From positions 2,844-66,843 of the forward strand of contig JBNMJK010000004.1 of the NCBI GenBank assembly GCA_050873765.1: a stretch of DNA of 64,000 bases. The letters run 5' to 3'. Positions 29,427-39,097 of this stretch are shown here, piece after piece (within the stretch, counting starts at the first letter, position 1; every line of letters begins with the position of its first letter). The notes beneath the pieces were generated by a model that made no database searches, was not told the origin of the DNA, and saw nothing but the letters and a program-made list of their open reading frames with translations. Source of the stretch: Sodaliphilus sp. (GTDB lineage Bacteria; Bacteroidota; Bacteroidia; Bacteroidales; Muribaculaceae). Both the position numbers and the translations under genes were made by a program.

Positions 29427-31349
29427 ATGACTGAAAAACACGATCATTTGGCAGCTTTGCCAATGACCTTGCCTAAAATGATAGCCGAAAACCGCTCTCG
29501 CAATGAGGCGCTGAATGTGCCCTACAATCCCGTCACGGGTGAGGGGTGCTGCGGTCCGCGCCGAATGGTGAACTCGGCCGTGGCTGGAGAGGTGTGGCTG
29601 CCGCAAGCCATGCTCGACGGGGAGCCAGCCGATGTGCTGAATGATGAGTTGAGCTATAAAAAGGCAAGAATCAAATACGACTTTGAATACTGGTGCGCCA
29701 CCTGTGCCACTGTGCGCGACAAGGTGAGCGGACGCAATGTGCGCCTTCGGCTCAACGCTCCACAGCGTCATGTGCTCGCCTCCTTGGAGCGCCAGCGGCT
29801 GATGGGAAAGGGCATACGCATGATTTTGCTCAAGGCTCGCCAGTGGGGCGGATCCACGCTGGTGCTGATGTATATGGCATGGATTCAACTGGTGCTGAAG
29901 CGCAACTGGAACAGCATTATCTGCGGACATAAGCGCAGCACTTCGAGTGTGATAAAGGGTATGTATTCCAAGCTCTTGCTGCATTACCCTAAGGAACTGC
30001 TCGAGGGTGGAAAGCGCATGGAGTTTAAAACGTTTGAGGGCAATGCCCACGCCAAGATTATCACCGGGCGCGACTGTGTGGTGCTGATGGGCACGGCTCA
30101 AGCCGATGATGTGGTGCGTGGCTACGACATAGCCATGGCTCATTTGAGCGAAGTGGCGTTCTGGCCCTCTTCCACTATGCGCAATCCCGAAGATGTGATG
30201 CGCTCTATCGACGGCTCACTGCTGGTGGGCGGACTCACTGTGGAGGTGCTGGAATCGACGGCGAATGGCATTGGCTCATATTTCCACAATGAGTGGCTCC
30301 ACTCGGTGAATGGCGAAACCGACAAGCAGGCGGTGTTTGTGCCTTGGTATGAGATTGAAATCTACCGTTTGCCGGTGGCTGAGGCTGAAATTCCTGAACT
30401 GTGGCAAAGCCTTGATGGCTATGAGCGCAATTTGTGGCATATAGGCTGCACGCTGGAAATGATTAAGTGGTATCATGAAAAGCGCAAAAGTTATCTCTCA
30501 CACCATAAGATGATGGCGGAGTTTCCCTCCAATCCCACTGAGGCTTTCAGCACTTCTGGCCGGTGCGTGTTCTCGCTGCCGCGGCTCGACGCTATGCGTG
30601 CTCAGTGCCGTGAGCCTTTGGCGAAAGGTGAGTTGAAACGCTGGCAAGGAGAATGGAAGATTGTAGAAGAGGGCGAGGCGCGCCTGAAGGTGTGGGAGAT
30701 GCCCACCAGCGATGCCTTTGGCGCAAAATATGTGGTGGGTGTGGATATTGGTGGACACAGTGATGGCGCCGACTACTCGGTGATTTCGGTGATTGCCCAC
30801 CACGACGGCCTTTACGAAACGGTGGCACAGTGGCGTGGGCATATCGACCACGATCTGCTGATAGAGAAGGCAATAGATATTGCCACGTTCTATAACCGGG
30901 CTTTACTGGTGGTGGAGAGCAATACGCTTGAAACGCATGCTTCCGACGGCGGAAAATCGGCTTTTTTGCTGAAGCGGCTCCGCAGTGAGTATTCCAACGT
31001 GTATCGCCGCAAGGTGAAGAATGGCGGTGTGAAGGTGGGCTTCCAGACCAATGTGCTGACCAAGGCTCAAATCGTGAATAATTTGGTGGCGATGGTGCGC
31101 GACGGGCTTTTGGTGGAGCACGATGGCGATGCCATTGATGAAATGTGCTGGTTTGAGGAAAAGGTGGGTGGCGGCTATGGTGCCATCGACGGTAAGCATG
31201 ATGATATGGTGATGTCGCGCGGCATAGCCCTATTGGTGCTCTGCATTTATGCCGCTATGGGGAAAGCCTGTTGTGCCGACTTTCCATCGGCATTGCCGCC
31301 ACAGCCTCCTGTTGCAGCCTCGCTCGACACTGTGCTCGAGCGCCAATAG
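29427..31349 (+). CDS. Phage terminase large subunit (orphan)
   Basis: Walker A-like LKARQWGGST, Walker B-like AHLSE, coupling motif ESTANG, RNase H-like nuclease GVDIGG / VVESN / HDDM. Confidence 0.85.
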   Translation: MTEKHDHLAALPMTLPKMIAENRSRNEALNVPYNPVTGEGCCGPRRMVNSAVAGEVWLPQAMLDGEPADVLNDELSYKKARIKYDFEYWCATCATVRDKVSGRNVRLRLNAPQRHVLASLERQRLMGKGIRMILLKARQWGGSTLVLMYMAWIQLVLKRNWNSIICGHKRSTSSVIKGMYSKLLLHYPKELLEGGKRMEFKTFEGNAHAKIITGRDCVVLMGTAQADDVVRGYDIAMAHLSEVAFWPSSTMRNPEDVMRSIDGSLLVGGLTVEVLESTANGIGSYFHNEWLHSVNGETDKQAVFVPWYEIEIYRLPVAEAEIPELWQSLDGYERNLWHIGCTLEMIKWYHEKRKSYLSHHKMMAEFPSNPTEAFSTSGRCVFSLPRLDAMRAQCREPLAKGELKRWQGEWKIVEEGEARLKVWEMPTSDAFGAKYVVGVDIGGHSDGADYSVISVIAHHDGLYETVAQWRGHIDHDLLIEKAIDIATFYNRALLVVESNTLETHASDGGKSAFLLKRLRSEYSNVYRRKVKNGGVKVGFQTNVLTKAQIVNNLVAMVRDGLLVEHDGDAIDEMCWFEEKVGGGYGAIDGKHDDMVMSRGIALLVLCIYAAMGKACCADFPSALPPQPPVAASLDTVLERQ

Positions 31350-31446
31350 CACGGTTCCCTCCGATACAGAGTCATAGTAATATTAGGAATGACACCCCCA
31401 AACCGTCTGCCAAAATGAATAAAAAACGGCCTTATCGGGTGCGCAT

Positions 31447-31475
31447 AAAAAAAGGGATAGTCTCCCGACTTTCCC
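31447..31475 (-). terminator. Intrinsic terminator on the minus strand
   Basis: Minus strand GGGAAAGTC-GGGA-GACTATCCC followed by T7. Confidence 0.7.
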
Positions 31476-31626
31476 ATTTCCTTAAATACACAATTATCTA
31501 TAAAACAACTATTTTGAATCAAGATGATAAGATTTGCCATTAGCCAGAGTGTGCACGAGAGCAAATCCAAAATGTTTTGCCATAAAAGCTATAGATGTTT
31601 GGTGTCATCAGCTTTAATTATGACAC
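31447..31626 (-). ncRNA. Candidate sRNA or small-peptide transcript
   Basis: -7 box TAACTTTG (31636-31629), CTTG 19 nt upstream, 5' hairpin GTGTCAT/ATGACAC, terminator at 31447-31475; 24-codon ORF 31583-31509. Confidence 0.4.
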
Positions 31627-31739
31627 TGCAAAGTTACAACAAAATTTTATAATAGCAAGCGTTTGTATTAAAAAATATCACTTTTTTGACTAAAAAAGTG
31701 ATATTTTTGTTTGAAAAGACGTAAAAAACGGTGTTTTGT

Positions 31740-34157
31740 TTACTTGCTCCTTATATAAAGATCCGTGGCGCGAATGATTGTTCCTGATGGTGCGGTGCCG
31801 CTGATGCAGAGTCTTACGGTGCGTGTGGGAATCGTGACCACGGGCAGCGAAATCGGCGCGCCCACATTGCCATTCACCTTCGCTCCACATAGTGTGAACC
31901 CATGACAGCTTTCTCCACGCTCGCCCAAAAGCAAGAGTGAAAGATGCAGCCCCTCTCCGAATATGTTCCAGATAATTTGCGATGGCTGGCTTGCCAGGTC
32001 GGTGCCTAAGAGGATAGGGTGGGTGAGGAGCGATATGGTTTGCTCTGCCGGTGTGGTGGCGCAGATGTCGTGTACGCTGCCGTCGGGCATCACAGCAAGT
32101 GCCGTCTGTCCATCGTGGTAAAGCGATGCCGCGCTTAGCGTGAGACTTGATGAAAAACCGCCTTCATCGGTGATGCGCAGTGTGCCGTCGGCACTGATTT
32201 GCCACAGTTCTTGCTCGGCGTCGTTCCACGCCATGCCTGTCACCGATTCCGCAACGGTGGTCACCTCTTTGATTTTCGACCCCTCAATATAGCACAACCG
32301 GTGATGTGTGCTCACGAACCATATTTTTCCGCCCCCACTCACTGGGCTGGCTTGGGCATTAATCAATTTGCGGCTCATCAGCTGTGCTTCGCCAAATGTG
32401 CCATCGCTCTTTTGCGGAACGATAAATATGCCATGGTCGGTGAAGAGGTAGAGGGGATAGCGTCCGAATCCGCCAGAATAGATGGGACGCTCGGTGGCAG
32501 CCAAGGCGGTTAGCTCCACGCCGGTCACCGTTTGGCTGTAGGCGGTGGTGATGGGTTGCGCAATGTCGCTCACCGTGAGCGCGCCCGATGTGCTGATGAT
32601 GGCACCGTGCGTACTGGCATTTTCCGGCTCATCATCATGAAGGGTGAGCGGAAGCAGGTCGGGTGTGAATGTGGCTGCCATTCCACAGGCGTGGAGCGGG
32701 GTAAGCGCCCATTCAGCCGCTTTCGTGCCTTGGTCGTCACTCACCTCCATGCGGAGCGAGGTGGCGCAGGTGTGTGGCGCGCAGGCGAGAGGGTTCACGG
32801 CCGATGGCGTGAAGGGGTAGGTGCGTGTGGTGGTGATGGTGGCTTCGCCTTGGTCGGTGGCCATTTTCTCGGTCAGAGTGATGGTGCATGATTTGGCGGA
32901 GAAGGGTGGCATAAACCATGCCGAGGGCTGCCATGTCGCCACCAGGCGCTTGCTGCCGCCACCACACCACAGTCTGCCGCCATGGCTGAGCGTGCACGCA
33001 GGCAGATGCGCTTCACTGGTCTGACTAATGATGCGTGCACACTCGGCATTGGTGAGCGTTGGAGCGATTGTGGCAGGCTGTGAGAGTGTGAAGGCCGGTA
33101 TGCCAGGCAGGAGAGCGGTGGGGTTTTGAGTTGCGCCCCATGCACTGAACACGCCTTTCGCTAACGCCTTGATATTCGTGCATGATGCCACCAAATGCCA
33201 TTTGCTGTTCATCAACTCTCCCATCACCTCGCCGACGCTTCGAGGCTCTGGCCCAAACTCGGCAATGTATCGGCGTGTGCCCACCGATGTGGTGGCTATG
33301 CGGTAGTCGAGCAGTGTGGTGTCGGCCACATCGGCTTCATCGGTGATGAAAATATCTACCGACTTCACTGCATCGATCCATTCGGGGGCAGTGCCTTTCA
33401 CCACACTCACTGCCAGTTTGAAAGTGGGCAGCGAAAGGGTGGAGGCAGCGATGCCGGTGTAGTGGCCGCCACTTGTGGTGGCATCGCTTTGTGTGCGGTA
33501 ATGGTTCTGCACCGTGGTGTGGCCGATAAGCACAGGCGCGCTTATCCACAAGTATTTGTCGGAAGTGAGCCTCACACCATAGCGCGCCAGCAGAGGGCGA
33601 GTGTTTGTGCCGTTTCCTTTCGCCCTTTTTTGCAGATGGCGGTAAGCATCACGAATGATGGCGGCCATCATCTGCACATCGGCGGCGGGCAGTGGTGCGC
33701 GCCATGTGGCGAGCGGTGTGCTGAAATCGTATTGCGGAAGGTCTTCCGAAAGGGAGCCTGTGTCGATGGCTTCGAGATGCAGCTCAGGAATGGCATCGAT
33801 CACGTTGAGGCGCGAGAGTTCGCCATCGGTTCCGGTGAAGTATGCTAAGCCGTGGGAGGTGTTCACCACTAAAAATCTGCCAATGCTGTGCGCCTCAAGC
33901 ACCGCAGCGTCGGTTTTGAAAAAGAGGTTGCCATCGTGGTAAAGTCCATCGGTGTGCCACGTCACATAGTGGCCGTGGTGAATACACACGATTTTGTGTC
34001 CGGCGGTCACATTCCCGGTTTTCACGGGATTTCCCACCACCTCCACGCTTTTTTCGCGTCGGCGCACATTCATGGCTTGTGCGGCTTCGCCCGATGGCAT
34101 GGCCTCCTCGTTGTGTGCAAAAGAGGAAGTGGAAGGATAGATAGTAAGGTGTTTCAT
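31740..34157 (-). CDS. Phage tail nozzle / packaged-DNA stabilisation-like protein
   Basis: 805 aa, beta-rich; N-terminal PSGEAAQAMNV and C-terminal FGRYPLYLFTDHGIF, LLTHPILLG resemble motifs I recall from Bacteroidales prophage tail proteins. Confidence 0.55.
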   Translation of the reverse strand: MKHLTIYPSTSSFAHNEEAMPSGEAAQAMNVRRREKSVEVVGNPVKTGNVTAGHKIVCIHHGHYVTWHTDGLYHDGNLFFKTDAAVLEAHSIGRFLVVNTSHGLAYFTGTDGELSRLNVIDAIPELHLEAIDTGSLSEDLPQYDFSTPLATWRAPLPAADVQMMAAIIRDAYRHLQKRAKGNGTNTRPLLARYGVRLTSDKYLWISAPVLIGHTTVQNHYRTQSDATTSGGHYTGIAASTLSLPTFKLAVSVVKGTAPEWIDAVKSVDIFITDEADVADTTLLDYRIATTSVGTRRYIAEFGPEPRSVGEVMGELMNSKWHLVASCTNIKALAKGVFSAWGATQNPTALLPGIPAFTLSQPATIAPTLTNAECARIISQTSEAHLPACTLSHGGRLWCGGGSKRLVATWQPSAWFMPPFSAKSCTITLTEKMATDQGEATITTTRTYPFTPSAVNPLACAPHTCATSLRMEVSDDQGTKAAEWALTPLHACGMAATFTPDLLPLTLHDDEPENASTHGAIISTSGALTVSDIAQPITTAYSQTVTGVELTALAATERPIYSGGFGRYPLYLFTDHGIFIVPQKSDGTFGEAQLMSRKLINAQASPVSGGGKIWFVSTHHRLCYIEGSKIKEVTTVAESVTGMAWNDAEQELWQISADGTLRITDEGGFSSSLTLSAASLYHDGQTALAVMPDGSVHDICATTPAEQTISLLTHPILLGTDLASQPSQIIWNIFGEGLHLSLLLLGERGESCHGFTLCGAKVNGNVGAPISLPVVTIPTRTVRLCISGTAPSGTIIRATDLYIRSK

Positions 34158-34319
34158 ATCGCTAAAAAATTAAAATGAAAATAACAAATGCCCCAAAGGT
34201 AGCGAATCCCCTTCCACCAGTCAATGCCAAAACCGCCCACCCGTAACGGCCGCAAAGCTGCTTTGCAAGTAGGAAAAATCAAGAAAATTGTGCTTTTTTA
34301 AAAAGAATAGGCTAAAATA

Positions 34320-34351
34320 TTTGCAAATGTGGAATAAGCATTATATTTTTG
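34320..34351 (+). promoter_or_regulatory. Bacteroidetes sigma70 promoter with no downstream CDS
   Basis: TTTG (34320) - 20 nt - TATTTTTG (34344). Confidence 0.65.
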
Positions 34352-34420
34352 AACATCGAAATTACTGAAGTAAGAACATAGTTTTCTGATGATATATATG
34401 TTTTTATAGATTGTAGATTT

Positions 34421-34466
34421 TAAGGAGCCCACGCTGTGAAGCGCAGGCTCCTTAATTTATTTTTTG
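34421..34466 (+). terminator. Intrinsic terminator of a short plus-strand transcript
   Basis: TAAGGAGCC/GGCTCCTTA stem, CTGTGAAG loop region, T-tract. Confidence 0.7.
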
Positions 34467-34473
34467 GGGGGGA

Positions 34474-35178
34474 TTAGGTGAGGCGGGCGGCCGCGAGGGT
34501 GAAGAATGAGACGCGCAAGCTGGGTATCTGGCACAGGCTTTGCGCACAGCTCAGCAGGGTGGCTCCGGTGGTGATCACATCATCTACGAGCAGCACATGC
34601 TTGCCGGTGAGCGTGGCTGTGGCTTCGGGAATTGGGGCGTAAAGGCCTTTGGCGTTGAGCATACGCTCGTGGGCCGACTTGTGCGTCTGTGTGTGGTGGG
34701 CCTTCACTGCGTAAAGGGCTTCGTAGATGGGAATGTGGGTGGCATCGCTGATGCCCATGGCTATGTGAAGCGCCTGGTTGTAGCCCCGCTTTGCCAGTTT
34801 TGTGGCGTGCAGGGGCACGGGTATGATGAAGTCGATGCTGCTCCATGGCACGCTCTCGGCGGTGGATTCAGCATAGCGCCGTGCCAGCCATCTGCCCATT
34901 GATGGCACATTACGGTATTTGATGTCTTGCAGAATCTGCGCATAGGGGGTGTCACGCTCATAGAAGAAATAGGCCGTGGCAAACTCCACCGGCACCGTGC
35001 CGATGAAGCGCGCCGCCATATTGTTGAGCGGATTGGCTTCATACGTGGTGAGCGGCAGGAGCATCAAGCACTTTCTGCACACATACCGCTCGCCGCCGTC
35101 AAGGGTGGCGCCGCACACGGGGCACACGCGCGGCATCAGTATATCGGCAGTGGCTCGGAGAATGTGGCTGAGTTTCAT
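34474..35178 (-). CDS. comF: ComF-family phosphoribosyltransferase
   Basis: CPVC..CRKC zinc ribbon, PVPLH..RGYNQA, LLVDDVITTGAT. Confidence 0.9.
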   Translation of the reverse strand: MKLSHILRATADILMPRVCPVCGATLDGGERYVCRKCLMLLPLTTYEANPLNNMAARFIGTVPVEFATAYFFYERDTPYAQILQDIKYRNVPSMGRWLARRYAESTAESVPWSSIDFIIPVPLHATKLAKRGYNQALHIAMGISDATHIPIYEALYAVKAHHTQTHKSAHERMLNAKGLYAPIPEATATLTGKHVLLVDDVITTGATLLSCAQSLCQIPSLRVSFFTLAAARLT

Positions 35179-35681
35179 TCTGGCGCGTTGTTGTGGGGGT
35201 GATGGCTCATCACCTCGGTGATGATGGGGTAGAACACATCAGGCTCGAATCCGCGTGAAGCGGCGTAGCGCATAAGCGAGGCGCGCGCCTGCATTGGCTC
35301 CTTTGCACTCACATCGCGCCATTTAGCCTGCAGCAGCCTGCGGAGTGTGGCGGTGTATTCCGCCATGTCTACATCGGCGAGTGTGGCCTCAATGTGATGC
35401 TTGCCTATGCCTTTGGCCTTGAGCATGAAAGCCACCTTGATGCGTCCCCAGCCATTGAAGCGCATCTTGTCGCGGCAGTAGGCCCGGGCGTAGCGCTCAT
35501 CGTTGAGATAGCCGTCGGTCTTCAGCCGCTGAATCACGCTGTCGGCATCGTCGGCCGAAAGCCCCCAGCCCACGAGTTTGGTGTAGATATCGCCAGATGC
35601 CTGCTCTGAGCGTGCGCAAAGAGCCGCCGCCTTGTTGAGGGCGGCAGTGGTGGAAAGGGGTTTGCGTGGCGATTTATACAT
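35175..35681 (-). CDS. recX: Regulatory protein RecX
   Basis: YLNDERYARAY, WGRIKV, SRGF three-helix repeats. Confidence 0.9.
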   Translation of the reverse strand: MYKSPRKPLSTTAALNKAAALCARSEQASGDIYTKLVGWGLSADDADSVIQRLKTDGYLNDERYARAYCRDKMRFNGWGRIKVAFMLKAKGIGKHHIEATLADVDMAEYTATLRRLLQAKWRDVSAKEPMQARASLMRYAASRGFEPDVFYPIITEVMSHHPHNNAPE

Positions 35682-35830
35682 AGCTGTGAGTGATATTTTT
35701 TTTGTGCACGCAAAATTATAAAAAAAACATAATTCAAGAAAATTTCAAGCGCCACACTTGCCACCGTAAGTGATATTATTCGTAATTTTGTAATAAATAT
35801 TATTATTAATCCCTCAACAGATATTCATTC

Positions 35831-36481
35831 ATGAAAAAGTTAGATCTTCTTCTTGCTGAGAAATTGTTAAAAATCAGTGCTATAAAACTTCAGCCCGACA
35901 GTCCGTTTACTTGGGCAAGCGGCTGGAACTCACCAATATATACCGATAATCGCCTCACGCTCTCCTATCCCGAAGTGCGTAATTTCATTAAGGTGGAGCT
36001 CTCACGCCTCATTCTTGAGAACTTTGGCGATGCCGAGGTGGTGGCTGGTGTGGCCACTGGCGCTATAGCCCAGGGCGCACTCGTGGCCGACACTTTGGGC
36101 AAGCCTATGGTGTATGTACGCTCGGCTCCAAAGGATCACGGACTGGAGAACATGATTGAAGGCAATATCAAGCCAGGCCAGAAAGTGGTGGTGGTGGAAG
36201 ACCTTGTGTCCACAGGCAAGAGCAGCCTGAAGGCCGTGGAGGCTCTGCGCAATGCCGGTGCCGAAGTGGTGGGCATGGTGGCTATCTTCACCTACGAGTT
36301 TCCACAGGCTGTGCAGGCTTTTGAACAAGCCGGTGTGACGCTCGTGACACTCAGTGGCTACAGCGCTATGATTAAGGCCGCTGTGGAGACCAACTACATT
36401 AAGGCAAGCGATGAGGCACAACTTCAGCTTTGGCGTGAAGACCCTGAGAACTGGACTCCTGAAGTGGTGAATATTGACTAA
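35831..36481 (+). CDS. pyrE: Orotate phosphoribosyltransferase
   Basis: FTWASGWNSPIYTDNR, VVVEDLVSTGKS. Confidence 0.97.
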   Translation: MKKLDLLLAEKLLKISAIKLQPDSPFTWASGWNSPIYTDNRLTLSYPEVRNFIKVELSRLILENFGDAEVVAGVATGAIAQGALVADTLGKPMVYVRSAPKDHGLENMIEGNIKPGQKVVVVEDLVSTGKSSLKAVEALRNAGAEVVGMVAIFTYEFPQAVQAFEQAGVTLVTLSGYSAMIKAAVETNYIKASDEAQLQLWREDPENWTPEVVNID

Positions 36482-36495
36482 AGAGGACAACGGAT

Positions 36496-36933
36496 ATGGA
36501 AACATATAAAAGCGATAAGCATGTGATTGACTGCGACATTGCCACGGTGTACGGCAAACTGTCGAACCCTGAGGTGTTTCGCCGTCACATGGAAGAAAAT
36601 ATCGACAAACTGCCCGAAGAAGCCCGCACTCATCTCCAGAGCCTTAAATTTGAGGACGGCGGCGTGGTGATAGAGTCGCCTATGGGGCCACTCAAATTGG
36701 GTGTGGTGGAAAAGGTGGTGCCAAATAAAATTGTGTTTGGCGCAGCGCAGTCGCCAGTGCCGTTCGGGCTGGTGATTGAACTGAAGGAGATTGATGCCGA
36801 CCACACGGAGAGCATGACCTCGCTGCAGCTCGACATTCCCATCATGCTCCGTGCCATGGTGGGCGGCAAGCTGAAAGACGGCGCAAAGAAGTTTGGCGAG
36901 ATGATTGCCAAGCTGCCTTACAAGAGCCTTTAG
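36496..36933 (+). CDS. SRPBCC-like hypothetical protein
   Basis: 145-aa ORF directly after pyrE with host-like codon use. Confidence 0.7.
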   Translation: METYKSDKHVIDCDIATVYGKLSNPEVFRRHMEENIDKLPEEARTHLQSLKFEDGGVVIESPMGPLKLGVVEKVVPNKIVFGAAQSPVPFGLVIELKEIDADHTESMTSLQLDIPIMLRAMVGGKLKDGAKKFGEMIAKLPYKSL

Positions 36934-37109
36934 GCGGGCGCAGACGTGCCTTGCGATGCCGGGGCGCGTGTAAGAAATGATGATATTAAGTAGGAACGCG
37001 ATATTTTCGTGCCTGCCCCATGAGCTGGCGGTGAATGGTTTGCTGCTTGCTTATAGAGGGGGCGGACGCAGAATGTGGCGTTCCTATAGTTTTTTTAAAG
37101 CACATAAAA

Positions 37110-37979
37110 ATGGATATGGAAAAGAAAGGAAATTGTGGACTGGTGCTTGAGGGTGGCGCTTACCGTGGCATGTTCACCTGCGGCGTGCTTGATGTGATGA
37201 TGGAAAATGGACTGAAGGCCGATGGCGTGGTGGGCGTGAGCGCTGGAGCCGCCTTTGGCGTGAACTATTGCAGCGAGCAGATAGGACGCGCGCTGCGCTA
37301 TAATCAGCGGTTCGCCCATGACCGGCGTTACAGTGGCTTTCACTCGCTGCTCACCACGGGCAACCTTTATAATATAAAATTCTGCTACCATGAGGTGCCG
37401 CTCAAATACGATATTTTCGACTTCGACAAGTTTTTGGCCAATCCTATAGATTTTCATGTGGTGTGCACCGATGTTGACACGGGTAAACCGGTATATCATA
37501 TTCTCCGTGACGAGAACGTGACCGAAATGCTGGAATGGATTCGTGCCTCGTCGTCGATGCCGCTGGTGTCGAAAGTGGTGGAGGTGGGCGGCCACCGTAT
37601 GCTTGACGGCGGCATGAGCGACAGCATTCCACTGAAATATTTTGAGCGTGTGGGCTATGCGCGCAACATTGTGGTGCTCACCCAGCCTGTGGGCTATGTG
37701 AAGCGCCTCACCAAGGCTATGCCCATTATCAGGCTGGCTCTGCACAAATATCCTAAGATGATAGAGGTGATGGCACACCGCCACGAGATGTATAACGCCG
37801 AGCTGGAATATGTGGCAGCGCAGGAGAAGGCTGGGCGCGCATTGGTGATCCGCCCTGCCGATAAGCTGGAGATAGGGCATGTGTGCCACGATCCGGAACT
37901 GATGGCGAAAACCTACCGCCTCGGGCGTGAGCAGGCATTGGCTAAATTAGCCGACATCAAGCGATTTATGGCTTGCTGA
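37110..37979 (+). CDS. Patatin-family phospholipase
   Basis: LEGGAYRG, GVSAG, DGG motifs; start moved to ATG 37110. Confidence 0.92.
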   Translation: MDMEKKGNCGLVLEGGAYRGMFTCGVLDVMMENGLKADGVVGVSAGAAFGVNYCSEQIGRALRYNQRFAHDRRYSGFHSLLTTGNLYNIKFCYHEVPLKYDIFDFDKFLANPIDFHVVCTDVDTGKPVYHILRDENVTEMLEWIRASSSMPLVSKVVEVGGHRMLDGGMSDSIPLKYFERVGYARNIVVLTQPVGYVKRLTKAMPIIRLALHKYPKMIEVMAHRHEMYNAELEYVAAQEKAGRALVIRPADKLEIGHVCHDPELMAKTYRLGREQALAKLADIKRFMAC

Positions 37980-39090
37980 TGCCGCTTCGGGTGATGCCAT
38001 TTTGGTCCATGGCTCGCCAAACGTAGGCAATGTAGGCGAGCACAAACGGCACAAGCACCGACACAACGCTCATCACTTTCAGCGTGAAAAGACTCGACGA
38101 GCTGTTGCGAATGGTGAGCGAACTGTTGGCGTCGAGCACCGAGGGGTAGAAGGCGGTGTGGTTGTAGCCCAGCACGCAGAACAGGCATATCACCACAGTC
38201 ACCGTGCCCAGTCCCACGGTCAGGAATCCTTTGCTCCATTGCGCCTTGGTGGCCAGTGTGCGGTAGATGCCCCACAGCACCAGCCCCACGCCAGCGAGCA
38301 GCAGAATGAGGCACCACCACATGTCGATGAAATTATGCAGATATTTGTAGCTGATCCACTGCACTGCGCCGTCAGTGGTGTCCACTCCGTCGGAGGTGAG
38401 TATCAAAGCTGCTGTGGCAAGGAAACACACCACAAAAATGCCTCCATTGATGGCTAATTGCTTGATTTGACCTTTTTTGAAGCGCTCATCGCGAATGTAG
38501 CCAATGAAGTAGAGCGATGCCAATGTGCGCGCTAGAAACAGCACCATGATGCCGAACACCAGATTTTTCCAGCACATGATGGCTTCAAGTCCGTGGAGCG
38601 GCCCCCAGGTGGATATGGCCGCCGCCTCTACGTCGAGAATCCTGTTTTTGGTGACGCTGAACTCGTTGCCGAAAAACATACTGCCCACGGCCACGCCCAG
38701 CAGCACCGGGCCGAGCACGCCATTGATGAGGAGCAGGGTGTCGTAGAAGCGTGTTCCATACACGTTGCCTCGCTTTGCGCGGTACTCGTAGGATATGGCT
38801 TGAATCACAAAGCTGAACAGAATGAGCATCCACAGCCAGTAGGCACCGCCAAAGCTGGTGGAGTAGAACAGGGGGAACGAGGCGAAGAATGCGCCGCCAA
38901 ACGTGACCAGTGTGGTGAACGTGAGTTCCCATTTGTGGCCTAACGCGTGAATGATCAGAAGTCGGTCGTCGGCGTCTTTCACACCGAAGAGCATCGACTG
39001 CCCGCCTTGCACGAAAAGGAGAAACACAAGCAAGGCTCCCAGCGTGGAGATGATGAGCCACCAGTAGTTTTGAAGAAGTTGGAGTGTCAT
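37966..39090 (-). CDS. cydB: Cytochrome bd ubiquinol oxidase subunit II
   Basis: KWELTFTTLVTFGGAFFASFP; multiple TM helices. Confidence 0.95.
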   Translation of the reverse strand: MTLQLLQNYWWLIISTLGALLVFLLFVQGGQSMLFGVKDADDRLLIIHALGHKWELTFTTLVTFGGAFFASFPLFYSTSFGGAYWLWMLILFSFVIQAISYEYRAKRGNVYGTRFYDTLLLINGVLGPVLLGVAVGSMFFGNEFSVTKNRILDVEAAAISTWGPLHGLEAIMCWKNLVFGIMVLFLARTLASLYFIGYIRDERFKKGQIKQLAINGGIFVVCFLATAALILTSDGVDTTDGAVQWISYKYLHNFIDMWWCLILLLAGVGLVLWGIYRTLATKAQWSKGFLTVGLGTVTVVICLFCVLGYNHTAFYPSVLDANSSLTIRNSSSSLFTLKVMSVVSVLVPFVLAYIAYVWRAMDQNGITRSGISKP

Positions 39091-39097
39091 ATCGTTG

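Noticed and set aside
31247-31570. 107-aa minus-strand ORF in the terminase intergenic region
   Set aside because: TTG start, runs through a terminator and overlaps the terminase antisense; not credible.
28166-35178. Complete prophage around the terminase
   Set aside because: No integrase, portal, capsid, lysis cassette or att pair; flanks are host genes.
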